A DNA stretch of 64,000 nucleotides, taken from positions 1 to 64,000 of the forward strand of contig CAWHCF010000037.1 in NCBI GenBank assembly GCA_963827655.1. The letters are read 5' to 3'. The first letter of the stretch is position 1; the number at the start of each line of letters is the position of its first letter. Shown in pieces: positions 21,728 through 31,688 of this stretch. The position numbers were made by a program, and so were the translations under genes. The notes below the pieces were generated by a model that was not told the DNA's origin, made no database searches, and saw only the letters and a program-made list of their open reading frames with translations. This DNA comes from an uncultured Acidobacteriota bacterium (GTDB lineage: Bacteria > Acidobacteriota > UBA6911).

Positions 21728-22738
21728 GTGAGACATAATCTCGGGCTTCATCGCTTCGCCACTCTGGTGGCGGTGTGTACGCTTCTCTTGATTTTTATCG
21801 GGGGATTGGTCACATCCACCGGTTCCGGCCTGGCGGTGCCGGATTGGCCTTTATCTTACGGCCAGGTCTTCCCCGAGATGGTAGGAGGCGTGGCTTACGA
21901 GCACGGCCACCGAATGGCCGCGGCCGCTGTAGGGCTCTTGACTGTCGTTCTCGCGCTCTGGCTCTGGAAACAGGAGCCCCGAAAATGGGTACGAAGGTTG
22001 GGGTTTGGGGCGCTTGTTACGGTTGTCTGCCAGGGGATTCTTGGGGGGATTACCGTACTGTTCCTTCTGCCGACCGCCGTTTCAGTCAGCCACGCCGCTC
22101 TTGCTCAGATCTTTCTCTGCCTGACGGTCTCCATTGCCGTTTTCACTTCTCCTCGATGGCAACGGGATGAGTCACGGCTCTATGGATCCGGATCTCGTTC
22201 GGTTCGAACTCTCGCGGGCGCGATTACGGGAGTGGTGTACCTTCAAATCCTGATCGGTGCCCTGGTGCGTCACACGGGAAGCGGGTTGGCAATTCCGGAT
22301 TTCCCGCTCTCCTATGGCAGGCTCATTCCTCCATTCTTTACGCGCCAGATCCTTTTGCATTTCACCCACAGAGTCGGCGCCCTCCTGATCATGCTAATGG
22401 TAGTCTGGCTCGCCCTCAGAGTATTTAACCTCTGGCCGCCCCAGGAGAAGCTTCGACGCGGCGTCATCTACTTGATGCTGGCCGTGGCAGGGCAGGTTTT
22501 GCTGGGGGGTGCGACCATCTGGTCGAGCCGCGGTACGATGCTGACAACGTTGCATGTTGCGGGAGGAGCTGTCACGCTGGCCTTGAGTCTCTACCTGACG
22601 CTGCAAGCCCATCGTATTCTGCAGCCGAATCCCCATCCTGGCCGCGCTATGTCTTCATGGTTCATGCGACATCAATCAGCCGGGAAGAACCCAAGACATG
22701 AAGAAACACCAAGAATCCTACCAGGAGTTGATGCTTGA
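21728..22738 (+). CDS. ctaA: Heme A synthase (COX15/CtaA)
   Basis: GGLVTSTGSGLAVPDWP, EHGHR, QGILGGITV and HFTHR; eight TM helices. Confidence 0.88.
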   Translation: MRHNLGLHRFATLVAVCTLLLIFIGGLVTSTGSGLAVPDWPLSYGQVFPEMVGGVAYEHGHRMAAAAVGLLTVVLALWLWKQEPRKWVRRLGFGALVTVVCQGILGGITVLFLLPTAVSVSHAALAQIFLCLTVSIAVFTSPRWQRDESRLYGSGSRSVRTLAGAITGVVYLQILIGALVRHTGSGLAIPDFPLSYGRLIPPFFTRQILLHFTHRVGALLIMLMVVWLALRVFNLWPPQEKLRRGVIYLMLAVAGQVLLGGATIWSSRGTMLTTLHVAGGAVTLALSLYLTLQAHRILQPNPHPGRAMSSWFMRHQSAGKNPRHEETPRILPGVDA

Positions 22739-23643
22739 AAGCTGATGTGGAGTCGGTTTCACCTTTGATTCCAGTTCTGGCGCGGACTCGATGCCTGGAT
22801 TACCTGGAGTTGACCAAGCCTCGGATCACTCTTCTGGTGCTGGCAACCACGCTCGTCGGCTTCTACCTCGGCACTGAAGGCAAGCTTCAGATGTTGCCGC
22901 TGCTCCACGCGCTCCTCGGTACCGGGCTGGTGGCTGCCGCAGCCAGCGCGCTTAACATGTGGCTCGAGCGGGACCTTGACTCTCTCATGAAGCGAACCGT
23001 CGGGCGCCCTCTGCCGGCCGGACGCCTGCAACCCGGTGAGGCTCTCGCATTTTCACTTGTCATCGCCGCAGCCGGGCTGGTCTATCTACTCCTGTTCGCC
23101 AATGTCCTCGCGAGCGCGCTGGCGGCAATCACGCTGCTCAGCTATCTCTTCGTCTACACGCCACTGAAAACCAGGACCTGGCTTTGTACCCTGATCGGTG
23201 CTGTTCCAGGCGCCGTCCCTCCGATGATTGGCTGGGCCGCCGCGAATGGAGAACTGGCTTATGGAGCCTGGATCCTCTTCGCCATCGTCTTCTTCTGGCA
23301 AATGCCGCATTTCTACGCTATCGCCTGGATGCATCGCGAAGACTACCGGCGCGCTGGTTTTCCCATGCTTCCGATCATTGATCGAGACGGCAAGCGGACC
23401 AGCCGGCAGGTGAGTCTCTATCTTTCTGCGCTGATTCTGGTGACCCTGCTGCCGTCGGCAATTGGTCTGGCCGGCTTCGCCTATCTGATCGGGGCTCTTG
23501 CCCTGGGGCTTATTTTTCTGACTTCCGGCCTTTACTTTGCGCGCATGCGCGATCGAATATCCGCGCTGCGGCTTTTCATAATCTCGGTATGTTATCTACC
23601 TGCCTTGATGGCACTCCTGGCGATCGACAAGGTCTCACCTTGA
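22735..23643 (+). CDS. ctaB: Heme O synthase (protoheme IX farnesyltransferase)
   Basis: LTKPRI, ERDLD..MKRT..RPLP.GR, YTPLK, FWQMPHF and DY..AG.PMLP. Confidence 0.93.
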   Translation: MKADVESVSPLIPVLARTRCLDYLELTKPRITLLVLATTLVGFYLGTEGKLQMLPLLHALLGTGLVAAAASALNMWLERDLDSLMKRTVGRPLPAGRLQPGEALAFSLVIAAAGLVYLLLFANVLASALAAITLLSYLFVYTPLKTRTWLCTLIGAVPGAVPPMIGWAAANGELAYGAWILFAIVFFWQMPHFYAIAWMHREDYRRAGFPMLPIIDRDGKRTSRQVSLYLSALILVTLLPSAIGLAGFAYLIGALALGLIFLTSGLYFARMRDRISALRLFIISVCYLPALMALLAIDKVSP

Positions 23644-23658
23644 AACCGGCAGCCTCGG

Positions 23659-24620
23659 ATGAATCGCCCTGCCGCGGTTGAAATTCAAAGTCTCAGCCTT
23701 ACCTATCCTCCGGCACGACGCGGTGGAACGGGCCGGGATGCACTCCGGAACGTTTCGTTCGGCGTGCAGCAAAGGAGAAATTTTCGGATTGCTTGGGCCG
23801 AACGGCGGGGGGAAAACCACCCTCTTCAAGATCCTGTCTACTTTGTTGAAGCCCTCGAGTGGCAGCGCCAGAATTGGCGGCCTGGATGTCCAGAGCGACC
23901 CGCGCGAGATCCGGAGACACCTCGGCATTGCTTTCCAGGCTCCCAGCCTGGACAAGAAGCTTACGGCCGAGGAAAACCTGCGCCACCAGGGGCATCTGTA
24001 TGGAATGCGGGGAACGGCACTCAAAGATCGAATCAGTGAGATGTTGCGGCGGGTGAATCTGGAAGATCGATCCCGGGACCTGGTCGAAACTCTTTCCGGC
24101 GGCATGTGCCGCCGAGTGGAGTTAGCCAAGGCACTCCTCCCTCGCCCCAAAGTGTTGCTTCTGGATGAACCGAGCACCGGCCTCGATCCGGGCGCCCGAA
24201 GGGATTTATGGACACAGTTGAAGACGCTACGCGACGAGCGCGACGTTACGGTGCTCCTTTCAACTCATCTGACCGAGGAAGCCGCGGATTGCGACCGGCT
24301 GGTTCTGCTTCATGAAGGCGAAGTTGTGGCGCTTGGTTCGCCGGACCAGCTAACCTCGGAGATCGGCGGAGATATTCTGACCGTGCATACGCGGCAACCG
24401 GAGCACCTCCTACCCAGAATTCAGAGTCATTTCGGGGTAGCACCAACAATTCTGGACGGGAACATACGGATTGAAATACAGGCCGCCCACCGATTCATTC
24501 CGCAATTGGTGGAGGCCTTTCCCGGGCGAGATCTCTGCGATTTCCCTCGGCAAACCGACCCTGGAAGATGTCTTCATTCGCAGAACCGGGCACAAGTTCT
24601 GGGATGAACCACCGGCGTAG
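23659..24620 (+). CDS. ABC transporter ATP-binding protein (frameshifts)
   Basis: GPNGGGKTT, LSGGM, LLLDEP; the KPTLEDVF tail lies in another frame. Confidence 0.88.
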
Positions 24621-24656
24621 AACTGGCGCCGCTCATCGAGAAACCGGCAGGGCGGA

Positions 24657-25433
24657 GTGATGATGAATTTCCTTTTAGCGGTATATACCCTCTGGCGCAG
24701 GGAAATCGTGCGTTTTCTGCGGCAGCGCAACCGAATTGCCGGCGCGCTCGGAACTCCGCTGGTTTTCTGGCTGATAATTGGCTCGGGAGTGGGGAGCTCG
24801 TTCAAGGCCCCTGAAGCACTGGGGGGCGAAGGATATCTGGAATACTCCTTCCCTGGAACACTCGCTCTGATACTGCTGTTTACTTCGATCTTTTCCACGA
24901 TCTCGATCATCGAGGACAGGCAGGCGGGGTTTCTTCAGTCGGCGCTGGTAGCTCCCGTTCCCCGATCCGCAATAATTCTCGGCAAAATACTGGGAGGCAC
25001 CAGCCTCGCGGTGCTTCAGGCTTTGATTTTCGTTCTATTGGCGCCGACCGTGAAAATCTCGTTGAGCTGGGAGAAATTCGTTGCGGTTGCGGGTGTCCTC
25101 GCCCTGGTTGGGTTTGCGCTGAGCGCCCTGGGGTTCTTGATCGCCTGGAAAATGGACTCGACCCAAGGGTTTCACGCCGTCATGAACTTGATCCTGATGC
25201 CGATGTGGCTGCTTTCGGGCTCTTTCTTCCCAGCCTCGGGAGCGCCGGTGTGGATCCGAGCGATCATTTACGTTAATCCGCTGACTTATGGTGTAGCTGC
25301 CGTCAGGCGGGTGTTGTACCTGAACGACGCACCGGCGGCGATCGATCTTCCTTCCTTTGCGGTCTGCCTGGGAGTCACGGTGGCATTCGGGCTGGTGGCC
25401 TTTGCGACTACCACGTGGGTGGCGTCCGATTGA
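24657..25433 (+). CDS. ABC-2 type permease
   Basis: Six TM helices; EDRQAGFL...LVAP, ILGK, LSGSFFP and NPLTY. Confidence 0.9.
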   Translation: MMMNFLLAVYTLWRREIVRFLRQRNRIAGALGTPLVFWLIIGSGVGSSFKAPEALGGEGYLEYSFPGTLALILLFTSIFSTISIIEDRQAGFLQSALVAPVPRSAIILGKILGGTSLAVLQALIFVLLAPTVKISLSWEKFVAVAGVLALVGFALSALGFLIAWKMDSTQGFHAVMNLILMPMWLLSGSFFPASGAPVWIRAIIYVNPLTYGVAAVRRVLYLNDAPAAIDLPSFAVCLGVTVAFGLVAFATTTWVASD

Positions 25434-25599
25434 CGATTGACGATTTACGATTGACGATTGACGATTGAAAAACAGATTAGACGATTGTCAATCGTTAAAG
25501 CGGTTCGGCTTATCAAAGATCGATTTACGATTGGCAACCAGTTGATGGCTTGCAATCGTCAATCGTCAATCGTAAATCGTCAATCGTCAATCGTAAATC
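25428..25599. repeat. Inverted arrays of the heptamer GACGATT / AATCGTC
   Basis: About six units GATT(G/T)AC at 25428-25470 and about six reverse units at 25554-25599, with partial copies between. Confidence 0.9.
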
Positions 25600-26455
25600 G
25601 GATATCGCGCTCCAGCTTGAAGGTAAATTCCTGTTCGGCCGGAAATTCCACTTCCTTTCCTCGAGTAGCCATAACAGTCGCCGTCCCGGCACCCCCGCCA
25701 ATCACGGCCCCGATCGCTGCGCCTTTGCCGCCGCCGGCAATGGCCCCGATGGCTGCGCCTATTCCAGCCCCGGCTCCTATCTTGGCGACATCGTCTTTCG
25801 TAGAGGATTCAGCATCGAAGGTGAGAGTGTTCGTTTCCATCCCATACGATTCGCCGCGAACCTGAAGTTCCGTCAGAATCATGGCCAGGCGCGCGCGTCC
25901 TTCGACCTTGCGCGCTCGCTCGACATCAGAAAGCCTTCCAATCACGATGCTGCCTTTCGGCGCAAGGAGCCTCCCGCCGACCTCAAGGTTGTCTGCCAGC
26001 GTGGCCTCGAACTTGTCCCCGGACCGCTTCTCCGCTGAACTGATGGCCTCGGTCAGACGGACTTGGAACCGAGTTCCCGCAGGAATGATCGCCACCGAAG
26101 GGCGTATGGGGGCAGGAGCCACCGGTTCTCTCACGTCGGGAGGATAGGTACGGGAAGGCGCGCGCTCAGCCCGCTCCGGCACCGGAGCAGTCTGGTCCGG
26201 CATTACCGTGGCGTCGCGCATGGGAGCGGGAGCAGGCTGCTGCCGCACCGCGGTCTGTGAACGCTTGGCGGCAGGTTGGAGTTTTCCGGCCCGTGGCGCC
26301 GCTACGGTCTCGGGGGCCGTGGCAATCGTTTGCTCGACCGGAGGCGCTTGAGGGGTCGGCTGCACCTGGGCCTGCGGCGCTTCGTTCTTTTCTTTGCTGC
26401 ACGCTAACAGGGCAACAATGAAGACTGTGGACATCAAAAACCTGGCTCGAGACAT
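25580..26455 (-). CDS. Lipoprotein with Pro/Ala-rich linker and glycine zipper
   Basis: LLAC lipobox; IPAGT.F.VRL...ISS; GAGAGIGAAIGAIAGGGKGAAIGA. Confidence 0.8.
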   Translation of the reverse strand: MSRARFLMSTVFIVALLACSKEKNEAPQAQVQPTPQAPPVEQTIATAPETVAAPRAGKLQPAAKRSQTAVRQQPAPAPMRDATVMPDQTAPVPERAERAPSRTYPPDVREPVAPAPIRPSVAIIPAGTRFQVRLTEAISSAEKRSGDKFEATLADNLEVGGRLLAPKGSIVIGRLSDVERARKVEGRARLAMILTELQVRGESYGMETNTLTFDAESSTKDDVAKIGAGAGIGAAIGAIAGGGKGAAIGAVIGGGAGTATVMATRGKEVEFPAEQEFTFKLERDIRFTIDD

Positions 26456-26520
26456 GAGGCGAACTCCTTTTCTAACGATATGAGTCTTTAGATGGAATGT
26501 CCCGAACCAGTGTTCATCCA

Positions 26521-26605
26521 ATTGACGATTGACGATTGACGATTGACGATTTGAAAACTTCGACAATGGTCAATAATCGTCAATCGTAAATCGTAATCGT
26601 CAATT
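26521..26605. repeat. Inverted heptamer arrays
   Basis: ATTGACGATTGACGATTGACGATTGACGATT ... AATCGTCAATCGTAAATCGTAATCGTCAAT. Confidence 0.9.
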
Positions 26606-26612
26606 GGACTGA

Positions 26613-26641
26613 TTGACATTAGCCGGCACCGCGTCTATGTT
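26613..26641 (+). promoter_or_regulatory. Sigma70-type promoter for the DUF420 gene
   Basis: TTGACA-N17-TATGTT. Confidence 0.55.
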
Positions 26642-26659
26642 CGCGAGGCAAGGATAGTT

Positions 26660-27078
26660 GTGGCTATTTACTCGATACTGCCGCATCTCAATGCGGTTCT
26701 TAACGGCACGAGCGCGTTGCTTCTCGTTACAGGCTATTTCTTCATTCGACAAGGAATCATACGGCTGCACCGCGCCTGCATGCTCGGAGCGCTAACCGCA
26801 TCTTGCTTGTTCCTGATTTCCTACTTGATCTATCACGCCCAGGTGGGTTCAGTCCGCTTCCGGGGGAGGGGTGGGTACGCACCGTCTATTTTGTGGTCTT
26901 GATTTCACACACGGTCCTGGCGACTACGGTAGTGCCGCTCGCCATCATAACGCTCCGGCGCGCATTGAAGGAACGATTCGACCGCCACAAGCGCATCGCG
27001 CGCTGGACCCTGCCCATCTGGCTCTACGTGTCGGTGACCGGCGTGATTGTTTACTTCATGCTCTACCACTTCAATTAA
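26660..27078 (+). CDS. DUF420 (CtaM-like) cytochrome oxidase assembly protein (frameshift in a G-run near 26865)
   Basis: LPHLNAVLN, FLISYLIYH, LISHTVLA and HKRIARWT.PIWLYVSVTGVIVY. Confidence 0.88.
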
Positions 27079-27130
27079 CGATTGAGTGGGGTTTTCAATC
27101 GTCAATCGTCAATCGTAAATCGTCAATCGA
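27077..27130. repeat. Heptamer array between convergent genes
   Basis: AATCGTCAATCGTCAATCGTAAATCGTCAATCG. Confidence 0.85.
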
Positions 27131-27992
27131 CTTCATCCGGACGATGCAGTCTCTGAGGTGTTGCCGCATCTCGGCGGCGGGTCGATGCGCGCGGCGGCCA
27201 TGGCCAGGCAGTACCCACTCAAAGTCGTAGTCGAGCAGGCGTTCCATCGAACGAATCTGTTCCGGCCACGAATACCAGCAGACATCGCGAGAGGCGTGGA
27301 GCGACTGGATAGAGTCCGACCAGCGCGCGTGATCGCCGGAAAAAAGGTAACGATCGCGGTAAAGCAGGACCATATGGCCGCGAGTGTGGCCTGGCGTGGG
27401 GACAGCGATCAGATCGTGATCGAGCCGCACGGCGCCGCGGCCTGAGAGGACGCGTTCCATTCCTGCGTGCGCATGCCGGATGTCATCCCGGTGCATGATG
27501 CGCTCGGCGCCGAATCGTTCGGCCCACGCCCTGTGATCTGCAACATCATCCTGATGGGTAAGGAACATGAGATTGACGCCGCCCAGAGCAGCGATGCGTT
27601 TCGCCAGCGGGCGGGCAAACCTTGGAGAGTCGACAAGCACATTTCCTTCCGGGCGAACGATCAAGTAGCTCGACGCGCCATAGGAAGACTCCGAGGCGAA
27701 GCCACAGAAATAGACTTCGTCGTCGACTAATTCGGGATACGCCTCGACCGCGAGTTTGGCTGAATGCTGCCCCAGATCACCGATGGAAGCCGTGGGGCAT
27801 GTAACCAGGGCTTTCAGAGCCGCGAATTCGCCCGCGCGCCCTTCCGGCTGGCGATAGACGGCGGACTGCTCGCCGACGCGCGCAAAGGTTTCGGGGGCGA
27901 TTTGCCGGCAGAGATCGCAATCGATGCATGAGCTATCGACGTAAAAATCGCCGCGCCACATTCTCCGGCCGGGTCTGTCCGATCAATGCCAT
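27095..27992 (-). CDS. MBL-fold metallo-hydrolase with N-terminal ferredoxin (frameshift near the start)
   Basis: CIDCDLC...CP; THQDDVADH; PGHTRGH; GDH; PGHG. Confidence 0.88.
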
Positions 27993-28039
27993 GGATCAAA
28001 GAATACCACACCACGGAAGGCCACCTTTTGGCTGCGGTG

Positions 28040-28112
28040 TTCCTTCGTGTCTTTGTGTCCTGGTGGTATCTGTTTCGCAGCGCTAACCACGAAGACACGA
28101 AGACACCAAAGA
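28040..28112. repeat. REP-like inverted pair, 9-mer family
   Basis: CTTCGTGTCTTTGTGTCCTGGTGGT ... AACCACGAAGACACGAAGACACCAAAG. Confidence 0.85.
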
Positions 28113-28176
28113 ACCAGTAGCATTCCGATTTGTTTTGGGTTATCACATACCCCATACACTCCTGGAGGTCCTTGCC

Positions 28177-31100
28177 ATGGCACTCCGTACCCTGCCGCTG
28201 TTGCTTTTGTTTGTATCGTCAGCCTTAGCCCAAACAACCGGAACTGCCACGATTGTCGGGGCGGTCACCGACCCTACCGGAAGCGTGGTCGCCGGAGCCA
28301 AGATTACCGTGGTGAACGTGAACACCTCGTTCGTTCACAATAGCGTAACCACGCCCGAGGGCACTTACTACATCCCGAACCTCAATCCGGGGACCTACCA
28401 GCTGACCATCGAGGCCACCGGCTTCCGCACCCACGTGCGGGACGGAATCATTCTCCGGACCGCCGAGCAACCGCGTCTCGACGTTCAGCTCGAGGTCGGC
28501 ACCATGGCGGAATCGGTACAGGTCACCGCCGCCGCACCGCTGCTCGAAACCGAGACCGCCGCTGCCGGACAGGTGCTCGAAGGCGAGACCATCGTCAAGA
28601 TTCCCGTTCTGCAAAAGGCTTTCTACCGGATCTACCTTTACATGCCGGGCATGAATGTCGTGAACGGGCAGCATGCTGTCGGCCAGCGGCAGCGCGCGCT
28701 GGGCTACACTCTCGACGGTGTCAATGCCAAGGAACCGGTGCTGGGCAACCCGAACAGCCTGGATACCGTCATCACCTCGACCCTGGACATGATCCAGGAG
28801 TTCAAGCTTTGGACCACGGGGCTCCCCGCCGAGTTCGGCCATTCGGCCGGCGGCCAGTTGAGCGGCGTCTTCAGGAGCGGGAACAACGAATTCCATGGCT
28901 CGCTGGAAGACCGATACCTGAACGGAAAGCTGGTTCATCGCCAGTACTTCGATCAGCTCAAGCGTTGCGAGAACATCCTGAACATCTGCAATCCCTTCAC
29001 CTACCATGAAATGGGCGCCACTGCGGGCGGTCCGGTCTATATCCCCAAAATCTACAACGGGAAGGACAAGACCTTTTTCTTTTGGGGTTTCCAGCGGCAT
29101 CACGAAAAAGTCTCGGAAACTTTTATCGGCGCGGTCCCGAGCCCCGAGATGTACGCGGGTGACTTCAGCTTCGGCGGCCGCGGGTTTCCCATCTACGATC
29201 CCGCCACCATCCGGCAGGATGCCAGCGGACAGTGGATCAGCGACCCGTTCCCCGAGAACCGCATCCCCACGACTCGATTCGATCCTGTAGCTCGCAATCT
29301 GCTGAGCCGCAATCCCTGGGAGCCTCAGAACACGACGGGGGTTCTCACCCCCAGCGGTCCCAGCCAGAACCTGGTTATTCCTACCAAAGGCCGCTTCTAC
29401 TTCACGCGCTTCGATCAGAAAATCGACCATCAGTTCAGCGCCAACCACAAGATCTTCGGCCGCTACTCGCACATGCGACATCGGAATGTCGGGCGCTTCT
29501 CGGCGCAGATTTTGTGGCCCCTTGTCGACCCGCAATTCACGATCCCGATCGATCAGGGCAACCTGGTGATCTCGGACACGTATACCATCAATCCCACCAC
29601 CATCAACGAGGCGCGCTTCGGGTACAACCGCCGCCGCCGCAATCGCGCGCCCGAGAGCATGGGCCAGAACTGGGCGAGTCAGCTCGGCATTCCCAACGTG
29701 GGACCGGAAACCTTTCCGCAATTCGAGCCGCGCTACTTTGCCATGGGGCCGGGCGGCCGCGATCAGCAGGTTGCGGAAGACATTTCTTTGCAGGAAAATT
29801 TCACCAAGGTCATGGGCCGCCACACGGTCAAGTTCGGCTACGAGATGGTACGGACGCGCTACAACGCGCTGCCGGCGGCGCTTCCCTCGGGTCAGTACAA
29901 CATGGGAGGGACCGAGTTTCCGTTCAGACCCAATACCGGCAATGCCTTCGCCAGCCTTCTGCTGGGCTCAGTAGGGAGCGCGGTCTTCACGCAAAACACC
30001 GCCACGTGGCTCCCGCGCTGGTGGCACCACGCCTGGTACGTGCAGACGGACTGGAAGCCCATCCGCAGTATGACCCTGAACCTGGGGTTGCGCTGGTCTT
30101 ATGAATCACCCCTGTCGACCAAGTACGGCCAGCAATCCCAGTTCGATCCAGCCGCCATCGACCCGATTACCGGTCGTCGCGGGGCCATCGTGCACGGCTC
30201 CGGATTGCTTGCCAGGCGCGACCTGAACAACTTCCAGCCACGCTTCGGCATGGCCTGGAACTTTAAACCGAGAATGGTGTTTCGCGGCAACTTCGGCCTG
30301 ATCACCGCCGACCTGCTCGCCAACAGCATTAACCAGAACTTCGAAGAGTACCTGGCGACGGCCAACCTGCAGCCCACCGCCGGCGATCCCCGGCCGGCCT
30401 TTTATCTTTCGCAAGGTCCCCCGCCGGTGCGGTTCAATATCGCGCCGGACGGATCAACGCCCTTCATCGGCGCCAATTTCAGCGCGCGCGGCGTCTCCTG
30501 GTTCGATCCCAATATGCGGATGCCGTACATCATGAACTGGTCGAGCGGATTCCAGTATGAGTTCCTGCAGAACTGGGTGGCCGAAGTGCTATATCAGGGT
30601 TCGAGCGCAGTGGGGTTGCTGAATGACTGGAACGTCAACGTGCTGCCCCTCAACGTTTCCAGCGACTTCGCGACTCTCGACCAGATCCGTCGCGAATACC
30701 AGAATTTCCGGCCGTACCCACAGTTCGGCACCATCAGCCACTTCAGCAATTACGGCCACAATACCTATCACGGGGTGACGGCGCGGGTGGAGAAGCGGTT
30801 CGCCTCCGGGTTCGCGCTGAGCTCTTTCTACACGCGCTCGAAAGCCCTGAACGACGTGGATGACGACGGCACGGCGAGCGGCATTACTTTCTACAACCGC
30901 CTGCTGGAGAAGGGACGGGCTAACTACGATGTCCAGAACCGCTGGGTCACCACGTTCACCTATGAGCTCCCCTTCGGACAGGGAAAACGGTATATGACCG
31001 GCGGGGGCTGGCGCAATTTCTTGCTGGGCGGCTGGGAGCTGGTCTGGTCGCAGCATTTCCAGACGGGGCCGCCTTTCACGGTTTCGTTCGCGGGCAGTCG

Positions 31101-31537
31101 AAACGTCTATCTCCCGCTCATGGCGCTGCGTCCGCACCAGGTGCTGCCCAACGACCAGGCCAAGCTGGCACACGTCGATATGGGGCCCAACCGGTTTCCC
31201 TTTTCCGCCCAGAATCGCTACCTGAAACTGGACGCATTCCAGTACCCGGACTCGTTCACGCCGGGCTCGCTCGGCCGCAACACCCTGGAGGCCCCCGGCA
31301 TCATTTGGGCCCAGACCTCTCTATCCAAGGAGTGGGTGGTCTACGAACGGCTGCGGTTTCACTTGCGTTTCGACGTCAACAACCCCTACAAGTACCATAG
31401 CTTCAACCCGCCGAACTCCACGTACAACGCCACCGATCCCTCTCATGTTCGGCACCTTCAACGGTACCCGCGGCAGCTTTTCGGACATCGGCACCGGTCG
31501 GTGGCACGGAATCATGGTATTCCGGGTGTCGTGGTAA
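28177..31537 (+). CDS. TonB-dependent receptor with N-terminal carboxypeptidase-regulatory-like domain (frameshift near the C-terminus)
   Basis: Signal peptide; [16 protein letters not shown] and NNFQPRFG; the corrected frame ends VFRVSW-TAA. Confidence 0.88.
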
Positions 31538-31688
31538 CCACGAAGACACCAAGACGCAAAGAAACACGAAGAATCTTTTTACTGGCCTGAATTACAATAG
31601 AATCCAGGCGTGTCTCGACCAGAAATTCCCGATCGGGAAACAGACTTTCTCGGGTGGGGCGGGTAAGGCTATGCTTCAAGAGATGCTC

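Noticed and set aside
25428-27130. Heptamer arrays as a CRISPR array
   Set aside because: Contiguous 7-bp units with no unique spacers and no cas genes
28225-29823. Long antisense ORFs (also 1721-3058, 34931-36538, 52428-53948, 54295-55563)
   Set aside because: Shadows of GC-rich genes on the opposite strand with no motifs of their own
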